DNA of 64,000 nt from Octopus bimaculoides. Taxonomy: Eukaryota. The stretch spans positions 33,436,997 through 33,500,996 of the forward strand of contig NC_068992.1 in the NCBI RefSeq assembly GCF_001194135.2. The letters run 5' to 3'. Made by a program: the position numbers and the translations under genes. This document shows, in pieces, positions 11,335 to 25,834 of this stretch (position 1 is the first letter of the stretch; each line of letters begins with the position of its first letter). The notes beneath the pieces were generated by a model, which saw nothing but the letters and a program-made list of their open reading frames with translations, did not search any database and had not been told where the DNA came from.

Positions 11335-12535
11335 AGCTGGGCCAAACCACTGAATCACCAAACTGGTTTGATTGAAATTTCAGATATGCATTAGGTATGT
11401 TCCGGGACATGGTTTTAGTCATAACAACTGCTTCAATAAATGTTTGGTTTCCGCAAAAACTCGGTTGTAAAAATTTGATGAAGCATGTTGTTGAGGCAAC
11501 CATCCTATCTGGATGCGGGAAAGGTGAGGATGTATTCATTCCCAGGATTCCCCTTACTCCCTCGGGAACAGACATACCTTTCGCCTTCAGAAGACTGCAA
11601 TTCCAGCTTCACCATGTCTGTCAACAAGTCCCAGGGCCAGACTCTTTCTGTGGCCGGACTTCTCTTGGAAGAGCCTTGCTTTTCCCATGGCCAGCTGTAT
11701 GTTGCATGCTCCAGAGTCCGCAGTAGAAACAGACTGTTCACATTAACACATCAGGGGAAGACAAGAACCAATGTCTAGAACAAACTGCTACATATTTGCC
11801 AGGGCTGAAGTGGGTATGTTATCGCCATGCATGCATATAACGGGGTTCACTCAAATACTTTTACTATTTTTCTCATATCAGACGCAAGCATCAGAAAAGG
11901 TCGCCTGCCTCTTGACACTCTGTGGGTCTATGGAAGGCGTTCATGTGGTGCTCCTACGATGGCAAAGAGGTGACAATTTGATGCAGTTGCACGATAATAA
12001 TGCGAAGAACCAATGTTGTCAAACAGCTGCTACAAACGGACCAGTGGAAAGGCAGGTTAGGTATCGCATATTTGAGGACATTTCTGCTGCCTTCTATATG
12101 GTCGATTACCTCAAGCATGTTTATTCATAACATTAAAGTGACCAATTCAATGGAAACGATACCAATTTACAAAACACATGGCAGCTATGTGTTGCATGAA
12201 TCTCTTGAGGGCAACATTCCAACTGTTGACCATTTACCACCTTCGACTGGGAGCAATCTAGTGCTCAAACGGTTCCCTTTTAGGAAACAGTGAAGTTGTT
12301 CAACTCATTCTCTTCCTATATGTTTATCTGTGTGCTTCATTCTATGGCTTCATTCACAAGTGTATGGTTCTAATCTGTGCTGGGCTGAGGAGTAAGGTGT
12401 TGAAATCAGAAGAGAATTGCACTAACACGGTAGCCGAGGTAGGGCTCAAAAAGTTTTCTCATGTGTAAGGCGTCATTTTTCTGCAGTTGAATGGTAATTT
12501 ATTAAGACCCGTGCAACGCCGGGTACTACTGCTAG
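11335..12535 (+). mobile_element. internally deleted Helitron: PIF1-like helicase C-terminus plus 3' hairpin and CTAG end
   Basis: Frameshifted VFIPRIPL..FRRLQF / TMSVNKSQGQTL..FSHGQLYVACSRV (Helitron helicase motifs); terminal CCCG-tgcaacgc-CGGG hairpin, then CTAG|T. Confidence 0.9.
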
Positions 12536-12541
12536 TATATG

Positions 12542-12607
<66 letters not shown>

Positions 12608-12649
12608 ATACACACACATACATGTATGTATATATTTCTTTTATTCTTT

Positions 12650-12853
12650 TATTCTTTTACTTACTTCAATCATTTGACTGTAGCCATGCTGGATCACTGC
12701 CTTTGATCAAATAAATCGATCCCAAGACTTATTCTTTGTAAGCCTAGTACTATTTCTACTGGTCTCTTTTGCCGAACCATTAAGTTACAGGCATGTACAC
12801 ACACCAGCATCGGTTTTCAAGCAATGATGGTGGGGACAAACACAGACACACAA

Positions 12854-12895
<42 letters not shown>

Positions 12896-13060
12896 GATGG
12901 GCTTCTCTCAGTTTCCATCTACCAAATCCATTCACAAGGCTTTGGTAAACCGGAGGCTATAGTAGAAGACACTTGCCTAAGGTGCCATGCAGTAAGACTG
13001 AACCCAGAACCATGCGGTCGGAAAGCAAGCTTCTTACCACACAGCCATGCCTGTGCCTAT
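12650..13060 (-). mobile_element. SINE family A, near full length, with internal (TA)n
   Basis: Both halves are present around the central microsatellite. Confidence 0.9.
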
Positions 13061-13067
13061 ATATACA

Positions 13068-14517
13068 GAGACTGGTTTGATGAAAATGATGCTGAAGTTC
13101 AGCAACTATTGTTTGTAATGCACCATATCTACAATGTATTGTTGCACAGAGGACTTTCGGCTGTGCATCGAAATCTAGCACTTGCTTACTATAACAGTGT
13201 AAAATCACTACTGCAGCGATCTCTCAGCAAGATGCAGAACACTAGTTGGGAGGATCTTGCTCATGATGTTCAAGCTGCTGCTGATGCAAATCACTGCAAG
13301 AAGCTTTACCATCTTACGAAGCAGGTTTATGGGCCTAAGAGGGTCTGCATCAGCTCCTTTGCATTCCAAGGACACTTCTGCTCAATTCACTAAATCAACA
13401 CAAATCACAGGTCGCTGGATTGAACACTTCTCTGAACTTTTGAACCATGAGTCATTTGTGGATAAAACAGTGATTGAAATTATGCAACAGAAGCCTATCA
13501 TTGGTTCCTTAAATTCCATGCACTCAGTAGATGAGGTAATGACAGCAATAAGTAAACTGAATCTTGGCAGGACACCTAGAAGGGATAAAGTTTGTGCTGA
13601 GGTTTTGTGATTTGGTGGTGATTACATCATACAGTCTCTTCATGAACTTATTAGTGTAGTCTGGAGGGATAGTGCAATGCCTAAGGATTGGAAGGATGCA
13701 ATCATTCTTCCTCTTTATAAAGGAAAAGGAGCCAGAATAACTTGTGGTAACCACAGAGGTATTGCTCTACTATCAACTGCTAGCAAGGTTCTGGCAAATA
13801 TTCTTCTTACCTGCCTGAACGAGTGTCTCGTAAATGGTGTCCTAACTGAATCCCAATGTGGCTTCTGATCTGGTAGAGAGACAATGGATATGATTTCCAC
13901 AGCAAAACAGATGCAGGAGAGGTGCTATGAGCAGAATGTGGATCTAGTTATTCATTGATCTAACCAAGGCCTTTGATACTGTGAATATGGCCTTGCTATG
14001 GAAAATATTTGGCAAACTTGGATGTCCAGATCACTTTGTATCTATAATTAAATCATTTCATGATAGGATGGAGGTTTGGGTCAATGTTGGTCGTGGCACG
14101 ATAGGACACATTCCTGTAGAGAATGGTGTCAAGCAGGGTGACATCCTTGCCCCAACTCTCTTTTCTTTGTACTTTGCTGCTGCTTTTACACATACCTTTG
14201 CTAACGTTAGCTCTCTGGGAATATATGTCAGGTGTCATTCTTCTGGCTGCCTCTTTAATCTGTGCCAATTTGCTGCCAATTCAAAAGTTTTTCAAAAGTC
14301 TCTTATTCATGACCTCCTTTATGTAGATGACTGTGACTAAGTCACTCATACAGTGGATGACGTGCAAATACTTATGAATTGCATTTCTGCTTCTTGCAAA
14401 GCATTAGCCTGAACAAGACTGTTCTAATGTTTCAGGCTGCACCAGGAAATCCAAATGTGGAACCAACTATTTTGGCTGAAGGAACAATACTGAAAGTGGT
14501 AGAGGAGTTTGTCTATT
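13068..14517 (+). pseudogene. RTE/BovB-like LINE ORF2 fragment (reverse transcriptase), with stops and frameshifts
   Basis: DWFDEND..; PKDWKDAIILPLYKGKG..NHRGIALLS; SQCGF; DLTKAFDTV; GVKQGDILAPTLF; LLYVDDCD. Confidence 0.92.
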
Positions 14518-14785
14518 ATTGAATGAGAGAGCAGTGCATGCCATCAAAGTGACACTGGGGTACAAATATATGAAGCCCAATATACCCATCATGACTACCC
14601 ATCTGATAAGGGTTCAACAGACACATGCATCACAATCATATGTGCACGACATGTTGATATCAAGATAAAGAGCACATCACATTGCAGGTAGGGCCCTGTT
14701 AGAATTTTCTTGAGGTCGAGTAACCCATTCCACTCAAAAGGTCCCTGAATAAGGCTTTTTTAAGGATGTTGAACAAAACACCTTT
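14516..14785 (-). mobile_element. unclassified retroposon 3' region (inverted copy of 16755-17010)
   Basis: gagagagcagtgcatgccatcaaagtgac..ccctgaataaggc is the reverse complement of 16790-17005. Confidence 0.75.
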
Positions 14786-14859
14786 TGAATAACAAAGAAA
14801 AACAAAAGAAATTCATTTAAGTGCATCATGCTTTCAATAATGCCGTGAATTGAATGAAC

Positions 14860-15735
14860 GACAGGGTACCCAAAAGTAACTGGAAACGTTCTGTATGAGA
14901 CAAGTCCGCTGCAGTTAAGGCTTCCACCACTAGAAGCCACGAGATGCAACCCTTAATTATAAGTCTGCCGACCAGCAACATATGTTGAGGTCACACAGTG
15001 CACCTTTCTTTTGCAATGCTTCTCCCCTGTTCATCGATTTTCGCGATGACTGAAACAAAGAAACAGCATGCTTCCATGATATTCTTATTTTTGGCTGGGG
15101 AAAACAGGAATTCAAACAGTTGTCATGCTTCAAACAGCTTACAAGGACGCTGCCATGAGCAAAACACAAGTTTACAAGTGGTTTTCATGCTTTAGGAATG
15201 GTCACTTATTGCATGAAGACCAACCCCATTCAGAGTGACTGTCAACCTCCCAAACAAATGAAAACATTGTGAAAATTCATGAACTGATCTTGGAGGACCA
15301 TCACCAAACAATCGACAAACTTTTTAATATAACTAGTGTGTTTTAGAAATTCTGTCAATGAATTTTGAGCGAAGAATTGCAAATGAAAAGAGTTGCAGTA
15401 AAATTCTGCCTCACTCATGGAAGATCAAAAACAGTCACAATTGGATGCATGTCATGAACTGAAAGAAAAATTGGAAGTTGATCCAAGCCTTTTTTCGAAG
15501 GTCATCATTGGTGATGAAAGCTGCTGCTATGGAATTTGAAGATTTGGAAGAGGTGAAGAAAAAGACCGACAAAGGCATCACTTTGCAAAGGTTCCAGCAC
15601 TGCTTTGAACAGTGGAAAACATATCTGGAGCAATGCATTGGTTCAAATACTTTGAAGGTGATCAAAGTGTAAACATGTAAAACTAAGTGAATAAAATAAT
15701 ATTGCAGAATTCTGGTTTCTTTTGGGTAGCATTGC
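14860..15735 (+). mobile_element. mariner element with TIRs; transposase decayed and catalytic core deleted
   Basis: TIR core tacccaaaag(t/a)aac at both ends; ..MLQTAYKDAAMSKTQVYKWF.., ..KVIIGDESCCYG, then a jump to ..FQHCFEQWK..YFEGD. Confidence 0.85.
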
Positions 15736-16200
15736 ATTAGTTACTTCAGAGACAGATGAAATGAAATCACTTCAGAAGTGATCACAAGAGCCTCAGATAC
15801 CATATATCTCAGGTAATTTCATTTTGTCTAGCCCTGATATATATAAAATGTTTTTAACACAATACATCTTTAAAGGGATCTTTTCTGGATGAACATCCCC
15901 ATTTTCTGGTATTAAACATATGTTCAATAAATATGTTGCATTGATATTTACACTATAGAGTTGCTTATATTGCATTATCTCAATTCAAGTAATATTGTAC
16001 TACTTCAGTCATTTCGACTTTGGAAATATGATAGGGTGGTAATCTTTTACAATGCAATGAGTAATATCCCATTTTAAAGTATTGCTGAAGCTTACGTACT
16101 GAACAAAGGTAATTAAATTAATCTGTTCTGTTTTCTTCAGATATTTATTTAATCATTACATACATGCATCTCTCTCTCTCATTCTCTCTCTCTCTCTCCT

Positions 16201-16265
<65 letters not shown>

Positions 16266-16479
16266 TGTAAGTTCCTTTATAGAAAACATTCTTGAGTATG
16301 CATATAAAAGTTCCTATCTTTATATGCTGGCTACAGCCTTATGATACCAATGAGCAATAGCAGTTTTATAGGCTTGTACTGAGCTGTGCCAATATAATAC
16401 TGGATAAATATAGTAATAATAATAATAATAATAATAATGATGATTATGATGATGATGATGATGATGATGATGATAAATA

Positions 16480-17148
<669 letters not shown>

Positions 17149-17189
17149 AAGAAGAAGAAGAAGAAGAAGAAGAAGAAGAATCTGTGGTT

Positions 17190-17406
17190 GGAATGTAAAA
17201 ACATTTTAATGTATTACTATGCACTTTTCCACCTATCACATTTTTCTTATGATCATTGTGTATATTCCTGGGATGATCACATTACTGTCCATAATATCCA
17301 GTGACATCTATGGATATATCCCAGGAATACAAACCATGATGATTGTAAGAAACATGTGATTTATGGCAAATGCACATTGCAATGCATTAAAATATTTATA
17401 AATTCC
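17190..17406. repeat. old MITE-like hairpin with ~90-bp arms
   Basis: tattcctgggat / atcccaggaata inner match; the outer ends ggaat..attcc also pair. Confidence 0.65.
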
Positions 17407-17452
17407 ATCCATGAATTATTATCATTATTGTCAGTTTTACTACATTTACATT

Positions 17453-17491
<39 letters not shown>

Positions 17492-17495
<4 letters not shown>

Positions 17496-18716
17496 AAGGA
17501 GTAGGTAGTAACTCTATAAGATGTACCCAGTGCAATCTATGGACATATAAGAGGTGCAGCAATATCAAAGGAAGGCTAACTAGGAAGTTAGCTTTTGTAT
17601 GTGGTAGATGTTCAGGTGCAATAAACATTGTAAACAAACAGGAAACAACTTCTGTCTCATTCCAGGGAGAAAAACTAGAGGTAGTTGATAGCTTCCGCTA
17701 TCTGGGTGACCAAGTTAGTAGTGGGGGTGGGTGCGCTGAAAGTGTAGCTGCTAGAATAAGAATAGCCTGGGCAAAGTTCAGAGAGCCCTTACCTGTGCTG
17801 GCAACAAAGGGACTCTCACTCAGAGTAAAAGGCAGACTGTATGACGCATGTGTACGAACAGCCATGCTACGTGGCAGTGAAACATGGGCTGTGACTGCTG
17901 AGGACATGCGTAAGCTCGCAAGGAATGAAGCCAGAATGCTCCAATGGATGTGTAATGTCAGTGTGCATACCCGACAGAGTGTAAGTATCTTGAGAGAAAA
18001 GCTGAACATAAGAAGCATCAGATGTGGTGTGCAAGAGAGACGATTGTGCTAGTATGGACATGTGGTGAGAATGGACGAGGATAGCTGAGCGAAAAAGTGC
18101 CACAACCTAACAGTTGAGGGAACTCGTGGAAGAGGTAGGCCCAGGAAGACCTGGGCTGAGGTGGTGAGGCAAGACCTTCAAACATTGGGCCTCACCAAGG
18201 TGATGACTTCTGACCGGGACCTTTGGAAATGTGCTGTGCTTGAGAAGACCCGGCAAGCCAAGTGAGACCTAAATCCAAGGCCTCTGCCAGGGGTGTAGCC
18301 AGCCCACTCATGCGTACCTTTCCTACGTTGGACACAAAACTCAGCCTGCGAAGATTTATTGGGGCAAGCGAATAGCGAAATCGGGATAGCACCTGTGCCC
18401 AGCGTCGCCTTCCTGGCACTTGTGCCCGTAACATGTGTAAGGAGTTTTGAGTGAGATCGTTACTAGTGCCCCTGGACTGGCTCTTGTGCAGGTGGCACAT
18501 AAAATACACCATTTTGAGCGTGGCCTTTATGCGGGTGACACGTAAAAGCACCCACTACACTCTCTGAGTGGTTGCCGTTAGGAAGGGCTTCCATCTGTAG
18601 AAACTCTGCCAAATCAGATTGGAGGCTGGTGTTGCCATCGAGTTTCACCAGTCCTCAGTCAAATCGTCCAACCCATGCTAGCATGGAAAGCGGACGTTAA
18701 ACGATCATGATGATGA
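17492..18716 (+). mobile_element. RTE-clade LINE, 5'-truncated at a (TA)n tract, with (GAT)n tail
   Basis: RKGVGSNSIRCTQC..KRC..CGRC..DSFRYLGDQ..RIRIAWAKFRE..KGRLYDACVRTAML.GSETW..QERRL. Confidence 0.93.
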
Positions 18717-19399
18717 TATATATATATGTATACATGCATATATATATATACATGCATAAATGTATGTTTATTTTTTTCAATGTGTACAAATAACATGGAA
18801 AAAAAAACAAATAATAGTTACCAAGGTAACAAAATTTCACATAAGAGCCAAGGATATCACAGCCTACTTATAAAGGTAGAAATTCCAGGGTTAAGTGAAA
18901 TGCTTTTGTATAACATAGATAAATTAAGAAATGGAGTCAAATGCAGGTGCTATTCAAATCTTTATACTTCCGACATATATTTTGAAGAAAACATTGATAT
19001 TATTCCGGAAGGAAGAAAATGATGTAAAACAATGCAATCATCTCGTCGGGGAAAAAACAAAGAAACAAAACACATCAGTAAGCCATTTTAACCGAATGTG
19101 ATTACTGCATATATGATGAAGGGGAATACTGGCAAGTTATTTTTTAAAAAACCATTAATAGATCTAAGGTCAAAAGCAGTTTAGAGAAAGAGAAAGAGGA
19201 GAAAGAAAGCAATTAACAGAAAATTAAGAGTGGAGAAATATAGTGTGATAGATGAATGAGAATAAAGCTTAAAAGCGTAGAAATAGATATATGTAGTGGA
19301 TATTAAATATAAGAAAGCAGTTAAAGGTCGAATTTTATAGATTGGTAGAAATTACTTGCAGGAACTAAAGGTATGTTTTTGCCAATGTTTACAACAATA

Positions 19400-20260
19400 A
19401 ACACGTTCTTTAAGCATGTTTACAAGAGAATTCTCTGAGAACAAGATGAGAAATTGTTCTTCGTTACAGAAAATGCATAACTTCGTAAACAGGTCCAAGA
19501 AAGTCAATTGGTCCCAGAAAGTCAATAAGAACCATTGCAAAGGACCTCAAGGTTTCAGAATGCACCCTTGGAAGAGTTGTGCATGACGAGATCTGGTATA
19601 AGTCGAATGCAATGTGGAGGAGCTAGTTTATGCTGAATGTCACAAGAGAGAATTGTTTGATCCCTGTAAAGTACTTGCTAAACAAGTTAAAACACAAAAC
19701 ACCAAGAGAAAAACCTCTATCAAGACCAAAATGTAAACTGAAGAAATGACAGTGGTTATGCAGAGACTTGAATAAGATTTCCATGGTCATACATACTAGG
19801 CTCCCAGCAACTGTGATGGTTCTGGGAGTCATCAGCAATGAGGTAGATGTCATTCCACCACATCTTTTTTTTACTTAAGAGTCAATACCACTGTCTGCAC
19901 GGGAATACTGGAGAAAATTGTGGGGCCCTGGATAGTCAGAGTATGCAACAGAAGACCATACATCTTCCAACAAGACTTTGTGCCATCTCATAAGGCTAGG
20001 ACAGCTCAAATGTAGATGTGTGCCAATCTCTATGATCATGTTCTTACAGTCACATGGACCCCTAGCTCACCAGATCTCAATCCACGGGACATAGTTCAGA
20101 GAGATGTTAATGAAATCTACCCACATCATAACACCATGCAGTCTCTCAAGTCTGCCTTAACCAGCACTATGTCCAAATTTGATAAAGACTTTCTGATTAA
20201 AGCATGTCAGCTTCTGATCCTGTATTCAAACAGCCATTGGATTCATTGCATAGGTGTCAT
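19400..20260 (+). pseudogene. decayed Tc1/mariner-superfamily transposase, maT/DD37D-like
   Basis: Fragments KSIRTIAKDLKVSE.., VMVLGVISNE..PPH, PYIFQQD..HKA, W.PSSPDLNP.D..HNTMQSLKSAL; family assignment is from motif recall. Confidence 0.75.
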
Positions 20261-20934
20261 AAAAGGATTCTCAAGATTATTTGTACCAATTTGTTTTCAA
20301 ATACAGCATTTTCCATTTTGATGACCTATGCATCCTTTTTCTAAATTCAAACAAATGACATCAGTCAGAACACTGACACTCCCTANNNNNNNNNNNNNNN
20401 NNNNNNNNNNNNNNNNNNNNNNNNNNNNNNNNNNNNNNNNNNNNNNNNNNNNNNNNNNNNNNNNNNNNNNNNNNNNNNNNNNNNNNNNNNNNNNNNNNNN
20501 NNNNNNNNNNNNNNNNNNNNNNNNNNNNNNNNNNNNNNNNNNNNNNNNNNNNNNNNNNNNNNNNNNNNNNNNNNNNNNNNNNNNNNNNNNNNNNNNNNNN
20601 NNNNNNNNNNNNNNNNNNNNNNNNNNNNNNNNNNNNNNNNNNNNNNNNNNNNNNNNNNNNNNNNNNNNNNNNNNNNNNNNNNNNNNNNNNNNNNNNNNNN
20701 NNNNNNNNNNNNNNNNNNNNNNNNNNNNNNNNNNNNNNNNNNNNNNNNNNNNNNNNNNNNNNNNNNNNNNNNNNNNNNNNNNNNNNNNNNNNNNNNNNNN
20801 NNNNNNNNNNNNNNNNNNNNNNNNNNNNNNNNNNNNNNNNNNNNNNNNNNNNNNNNNNNNNNNNNNNNNNNNNNNNNNNNNNNNNNNNNNNNNNNNNNNN
20901 NNNNNNNNNNNNNNNNNNNNNNNNNNNNNNNNTA

Positions 20935-20993
20935 AGTGCCTTCTACTATAGCCTCGAGTGGATTTGGTAGACAGAAACTGAAAAGAAGCCCAT

Positions 20994-21040
<47 letters not shown>

Positions 21041-21240
21041 ATATATTTGTGTGGGTGTCTGTGTTTGTCCACCCACCATTGCTTGACAACCAATGTTGGT
21101 GTGTTTATGTCCCTGAAACTTAGCAGTCCAGCAAAAGAGACTGATAAAATAAGTACAAAGAATAAGACCTGGGGTCGATTTCTTCGACTAAAGGTGGTGC
21201 TCCAGCATGGCCACAGTCATATGACTGAAACATGTAAATG
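20935..21240 (+). mobile_element. SINE family A (5' end lost in gap 20386-20932)
   Basis: cttctactatagcctcgagtggatttggtagac..(TA)n..gtgtttatgtccc..ggtgctccagcatggccacagtc. Confidence 0.85.
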
Positions 21241-21721
21241 AGTAATACACATACACTCACACACACACGCAGACATGCGTACATGTACATGCGCACTCAC
21301 ACACACACACACACACACACGTATTGTTTGAAACAATGTTCATAACACCCAACTTGCAGTCTCTTAATCCCACAGCTACTTTATACAGGAAAATCAAAGA
21401 CTTTTGACAGAAATTATTTAATTAGATTATTTAAAGTGAAATTTATCTTCTCTACAGAATCTTCATTATAATTATTTTACATATTAGTACCAAAAGATAT
21501 CATATTGAGAAAGTTTGGGTAGCTATTCCCTCCATCTTAACAAGACGAATACAATGATTGAGGTAAACTACCTACAGATACCATTCATATAAAGCACAAT
21601 AGCTGAGCAACTGCTAAATTACCTAAAGAAGTAAGAAAAAAATTTGAGTATTCAGAATTGCTGTTTCAATGGCAAAATGAAATTATAAGCTCAATTGATA
21701 ATGCAAATTAAATTTTTATTT

Positions 21722-21920
21722 GGCAAGCTGGCAGCACCATTAGCAAGCTGGGCAAAATGCTTAGTGGCATTTTGTTCTGAGTTCAAATTCTGCCATGGTC
21801 AACTTTGCTTTTCATTCATTCGGGGTTGATGACATAAATACCAGTCAAGTACTGGGATTGATGTAATTGACTACCCACTCCCCTAAAATTGCTGGCCTTA
21901 TGCCAAAATTTGAAACCAAT
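21722..21920 (+). mobile_element. SINE family B
   Basis: Head ggcaagctggcag..gagttcaaattc (B-box-like); body ctttgcttttcatt..ggggttgat. Confidence 0.75.
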
Positions 21921-23363
21921 AATGTGAATTAAGTTTTATTAAGGATAAAGGCTGACAACTCCAAAGTACTAAATTACACATTTGCTGCACCTCTATAATA
22001 AAGCTTTTCTATCAACAGATATGGAAAATACAAGAAAATTCTATCTATCTCTGTTTTGAAGAGGTCTAATAACACTAAAACATGTCCAAACTTTTCTGGA
22101 TAATTAGGTCTGAGAATTACTTCAATGTAATGCATTGGTTAGTTGTTTAAAAATTTTCCATGAGGTAAAATAACAATCTACACGAGTTACTTTTTGCAAC
22201 AATATAGTTGAAGGAGGAATTATTTTGAAGTTCAGCTACAGGCATGTATTTGCAGTATATGACTAGAGAAAAAAATGTTTACAACAAATAAAATGCATGA
22301 AGTTACCGTGACATAACTGATTATTTACAATGGTAATGACTAATTAACTGATAATACAATATGATTTGAGGCAGAGATATTCAAATTGATATGGAGAAAG
22401 ATTCCTATGGAAGATTCCATGAGAGATTCAATAAAGGAATAAATATTGCTTGATTGCATTCATAACATTTATGACCAATATTAAATCTTTCCTTTCAGAA
22501 TGGTTATACTTTGATCACACTATCAGCCTCATGTTTTCATCAGAACCAGTATTTGATTTGTATATTCTTCAATCATTTTCAAATGCCACTTAATTACATA
22601 TTTAGCTTGGCTGGTTTAGAACTCATGAACATTTATTCTACATTCCCTTTTGCATTATCTAATTTAAACAGGAAAGATATTGCGTCTATCTTTAAGACTT
22701 TTATCAAATGGTAAAATTATATTCTCTATTACGAGCCATCAAGTCAGGGTTTGGATTGCTGCCAAATGCAATCTAATGGAAAAACATTCATTTCTTCCTG
22801 TCAGTCTACTTTTCTTTCACAGAAATTTCAAATTACTTAAATAATCCTAAAGGGGAACTGGAAGACTGATATTTAGCTCATGTTTTAATGATATAAAGCA
22901 GTTGAGGTATAGAGAGTGACCTCCAGAAAAAAAAGCACAACACAAAGAAAAACAGCAGCCTATCTCAGGCAGCATTCACAGATCTGGCACATCTTCCTGA
23001 TAGTTATTTCAAGTTTATAGAAGGAAGTGTACAACTTAAATACAAAATACTACACTCACAAAAGATTTCATGTTAAAACTTTTCAGCTGGAAGTCTGCTA
23101 CCATATACACTTGGCTATTTTGCATAACTGGTTGCAATATTGCTTTAGAAATTCTTGTAGAAACACATTTTTTAAGGAGAAATTTATTACAAAAGGTACA
23201 GAAATATTTGTTACTCAGTTTAGTTTTTAACATAAAAGAGAATTTTCTTTTTATTTATATATTATATGCTGCAAAAATGGTTGCCTGTGTACAAATCTAC
23301 AAGAGCAGAACTTGGCATCTAGGAAGAGAATGTCAGTGAAAGAGAAGATACATATATATGTAT

Positions 23364-23426
<63 letters not shown>

Positions 23427-25834
23427 CAGAGAGACAGACACACAAACAGAGAGAAGGGAGAGAAAAAAGAGGGAGAGTGATGTGTGTGCATGTTTGTATG
23501 CTTGGATGTATGTATAAATGAATATATATATAAACATACACACTTTATATATTACAAACACAGTTACACATTCAGATATCTGGATATGCATATGTAAATA
23601 GAAGAGAAAGTACACATGTTCAGTAGTTATTATTTATTTGAAGTTTTGATTAGACATTGTCATCACTCAGTGTTTTTTGATATACAAAGCAACTGCCAAA
23701 GAAAGCTACACATAAATAGACACACATGTTACAATAGACAAAGAAACAGCAGTTATTTATTAATATTTTTTGTTTAAGATATGTAGAACTATTGTAGTTA
23801 TCTAGAAACTGAAAATTTACTAAATATATTAATGAAACAAAACAATGCAGATACTCTTGGTTTATTGTTGATACTATATTGCCTTTATTTATTATAATAG
23901 TCTCATGGATAAACATGCATTTACAAATGTGAATGATTACTTAGGGCATTGCACAAAATTTAAATAACTAAATGTGTCTGATAAAATATTGCAATATCTG
24001 CTAATGAGGATTTTGATTTGATAACTATTATTATTATAACATCTCTACAAGTATTACAGATATTTTAATGTTATCTTTTCATTTTATAGGTTTTAAGATC
24101 AATGTTTTAAAAAGCCTTTATAATGATGTGGAGAAGTCTTACTAAATAAATCTAAGGAAATTTAAATTATATTTATTCCTGAGTAAGATACAAAAAAAAA
24201 TAGGTAACTAAAAGAAATTTTTGCCCTTTTTCTGTCTCTAGGTTTTGCTTCAATGATTTGAGTACCACCTTTAAATGGTTTATAAAATTTAATCACTTCC
24301 AGGATTTATTTTCATCTGTTACTACTTATGTATTTATAATTGTCAAATTATAAAAAGACATACCAGAAACAACACTGGTTATTCTGCAGATGCACAGCTA
24401 AGCAAATACACACACATCATATATACATAAATACACACACAAGCACATACACACACATCAACTGGTTACAAAGTGAGACTCTCTTAGCACATGTTATCAA
24501 TAACAGACAATAAATTAAAGTTGTTCGTATTTCAATACGATATTATATAATGCATTAGGATAGTACATGCATTAGAAGAATTGGTACAGACTATCTCATG
24601 GTTTTGTTTACAATTCCATAAAATGACATTAGCCTATAGTTCCAAGTTGACTTACTCTTTTTTGATTGAAACTGTGAAGACAGAAAAGGTGCTGGATAGA
24701 CTACAAATTTACATGTGGGATTGATTATACATATTCTTAAAAGTAGACTTAATCACCTGGTTTAATGCCACCACTTGGGCCTTGGTTGGCTTTGGCAATG
24801 ACTAATCTGTTGCAAGTATTTCAACCAGACCTCTTATCTGAAGAGGGTTCATTTATGGTGTGATGTTTCTATCACACCAAGTTGTGGATTCTTCCATCCT
24901 TCTCTTAGTCTCATGTGTTCTTGAAAATGAATGATTCCTTTCATACCCTGGCTAAGTTTTAATAAATTAGCAAAACAAAACTAAGAGAATAGGTACCAAC
25001 ATTTGGGGGTAATTTATTAATAACTGATGTGAGCAAAGGATAGATTTAATTTTCCTTGAAGTATGCTTCAGAAAATAGATCTATATGCTAATCTTATAAA
25101 TTTCTGATTTTCCAGAATACAATGTCAAACAAGATTCTATGGGGTGGTACTTAGCTCATTTTTAGCTCTATCTATGTCATTCTTTGAATACAGTGTCATA
25201 CTTCAGATTACATGACCAAGTAATCTGGTACTTATTTTCAAAATTTAGCAGAACAGAGGTATATGGAATTAAGAGGACTTCCCAAATACACCATTGAGAA
25301 AATCCACTAGTCATTTTGAATCTGAAATCATTCAGCTGTAGCAGTTTATCATCATATTCAATGAGCCATTTTATGAACCATTCTGACTTTCAAGGCCTTT
25401 TAGTTAAACATCTACATTGTGAAGCACTAAGTTCTTTTTGTTTTGTTTTTTGTTTTGATTGATCAGCTTTCAGTTATGAAGGCTGTTTAAATATTTATGT
25501 AATTTACATAGAGACCTTTAATGCACATACCAATAAAATTTTCTAAAGTTTCCTTTAACAAACTCATTGCAATCTGAAATATTCATTAATCACTATATTC
25601 ATAAATTATTTATTTTTAAAGTCTTAGATTTATTGGGCAACTCCACATAATGTCTCAGTTTTACATAATAATGTTGTTTTGCTTCTCCACATGGCTTCTA
25701 GTTGATATAGGAATAATTGTTGTATAGCACCTGGTCAGGCCTCAGCAATCAGACTAGTGATCAAAGCAACTTCATGCTATCGTTGACCAAACTGTCTTGT
25801 ATTTAGACACATTCTTTCTTTCTTTGCACCCTTT

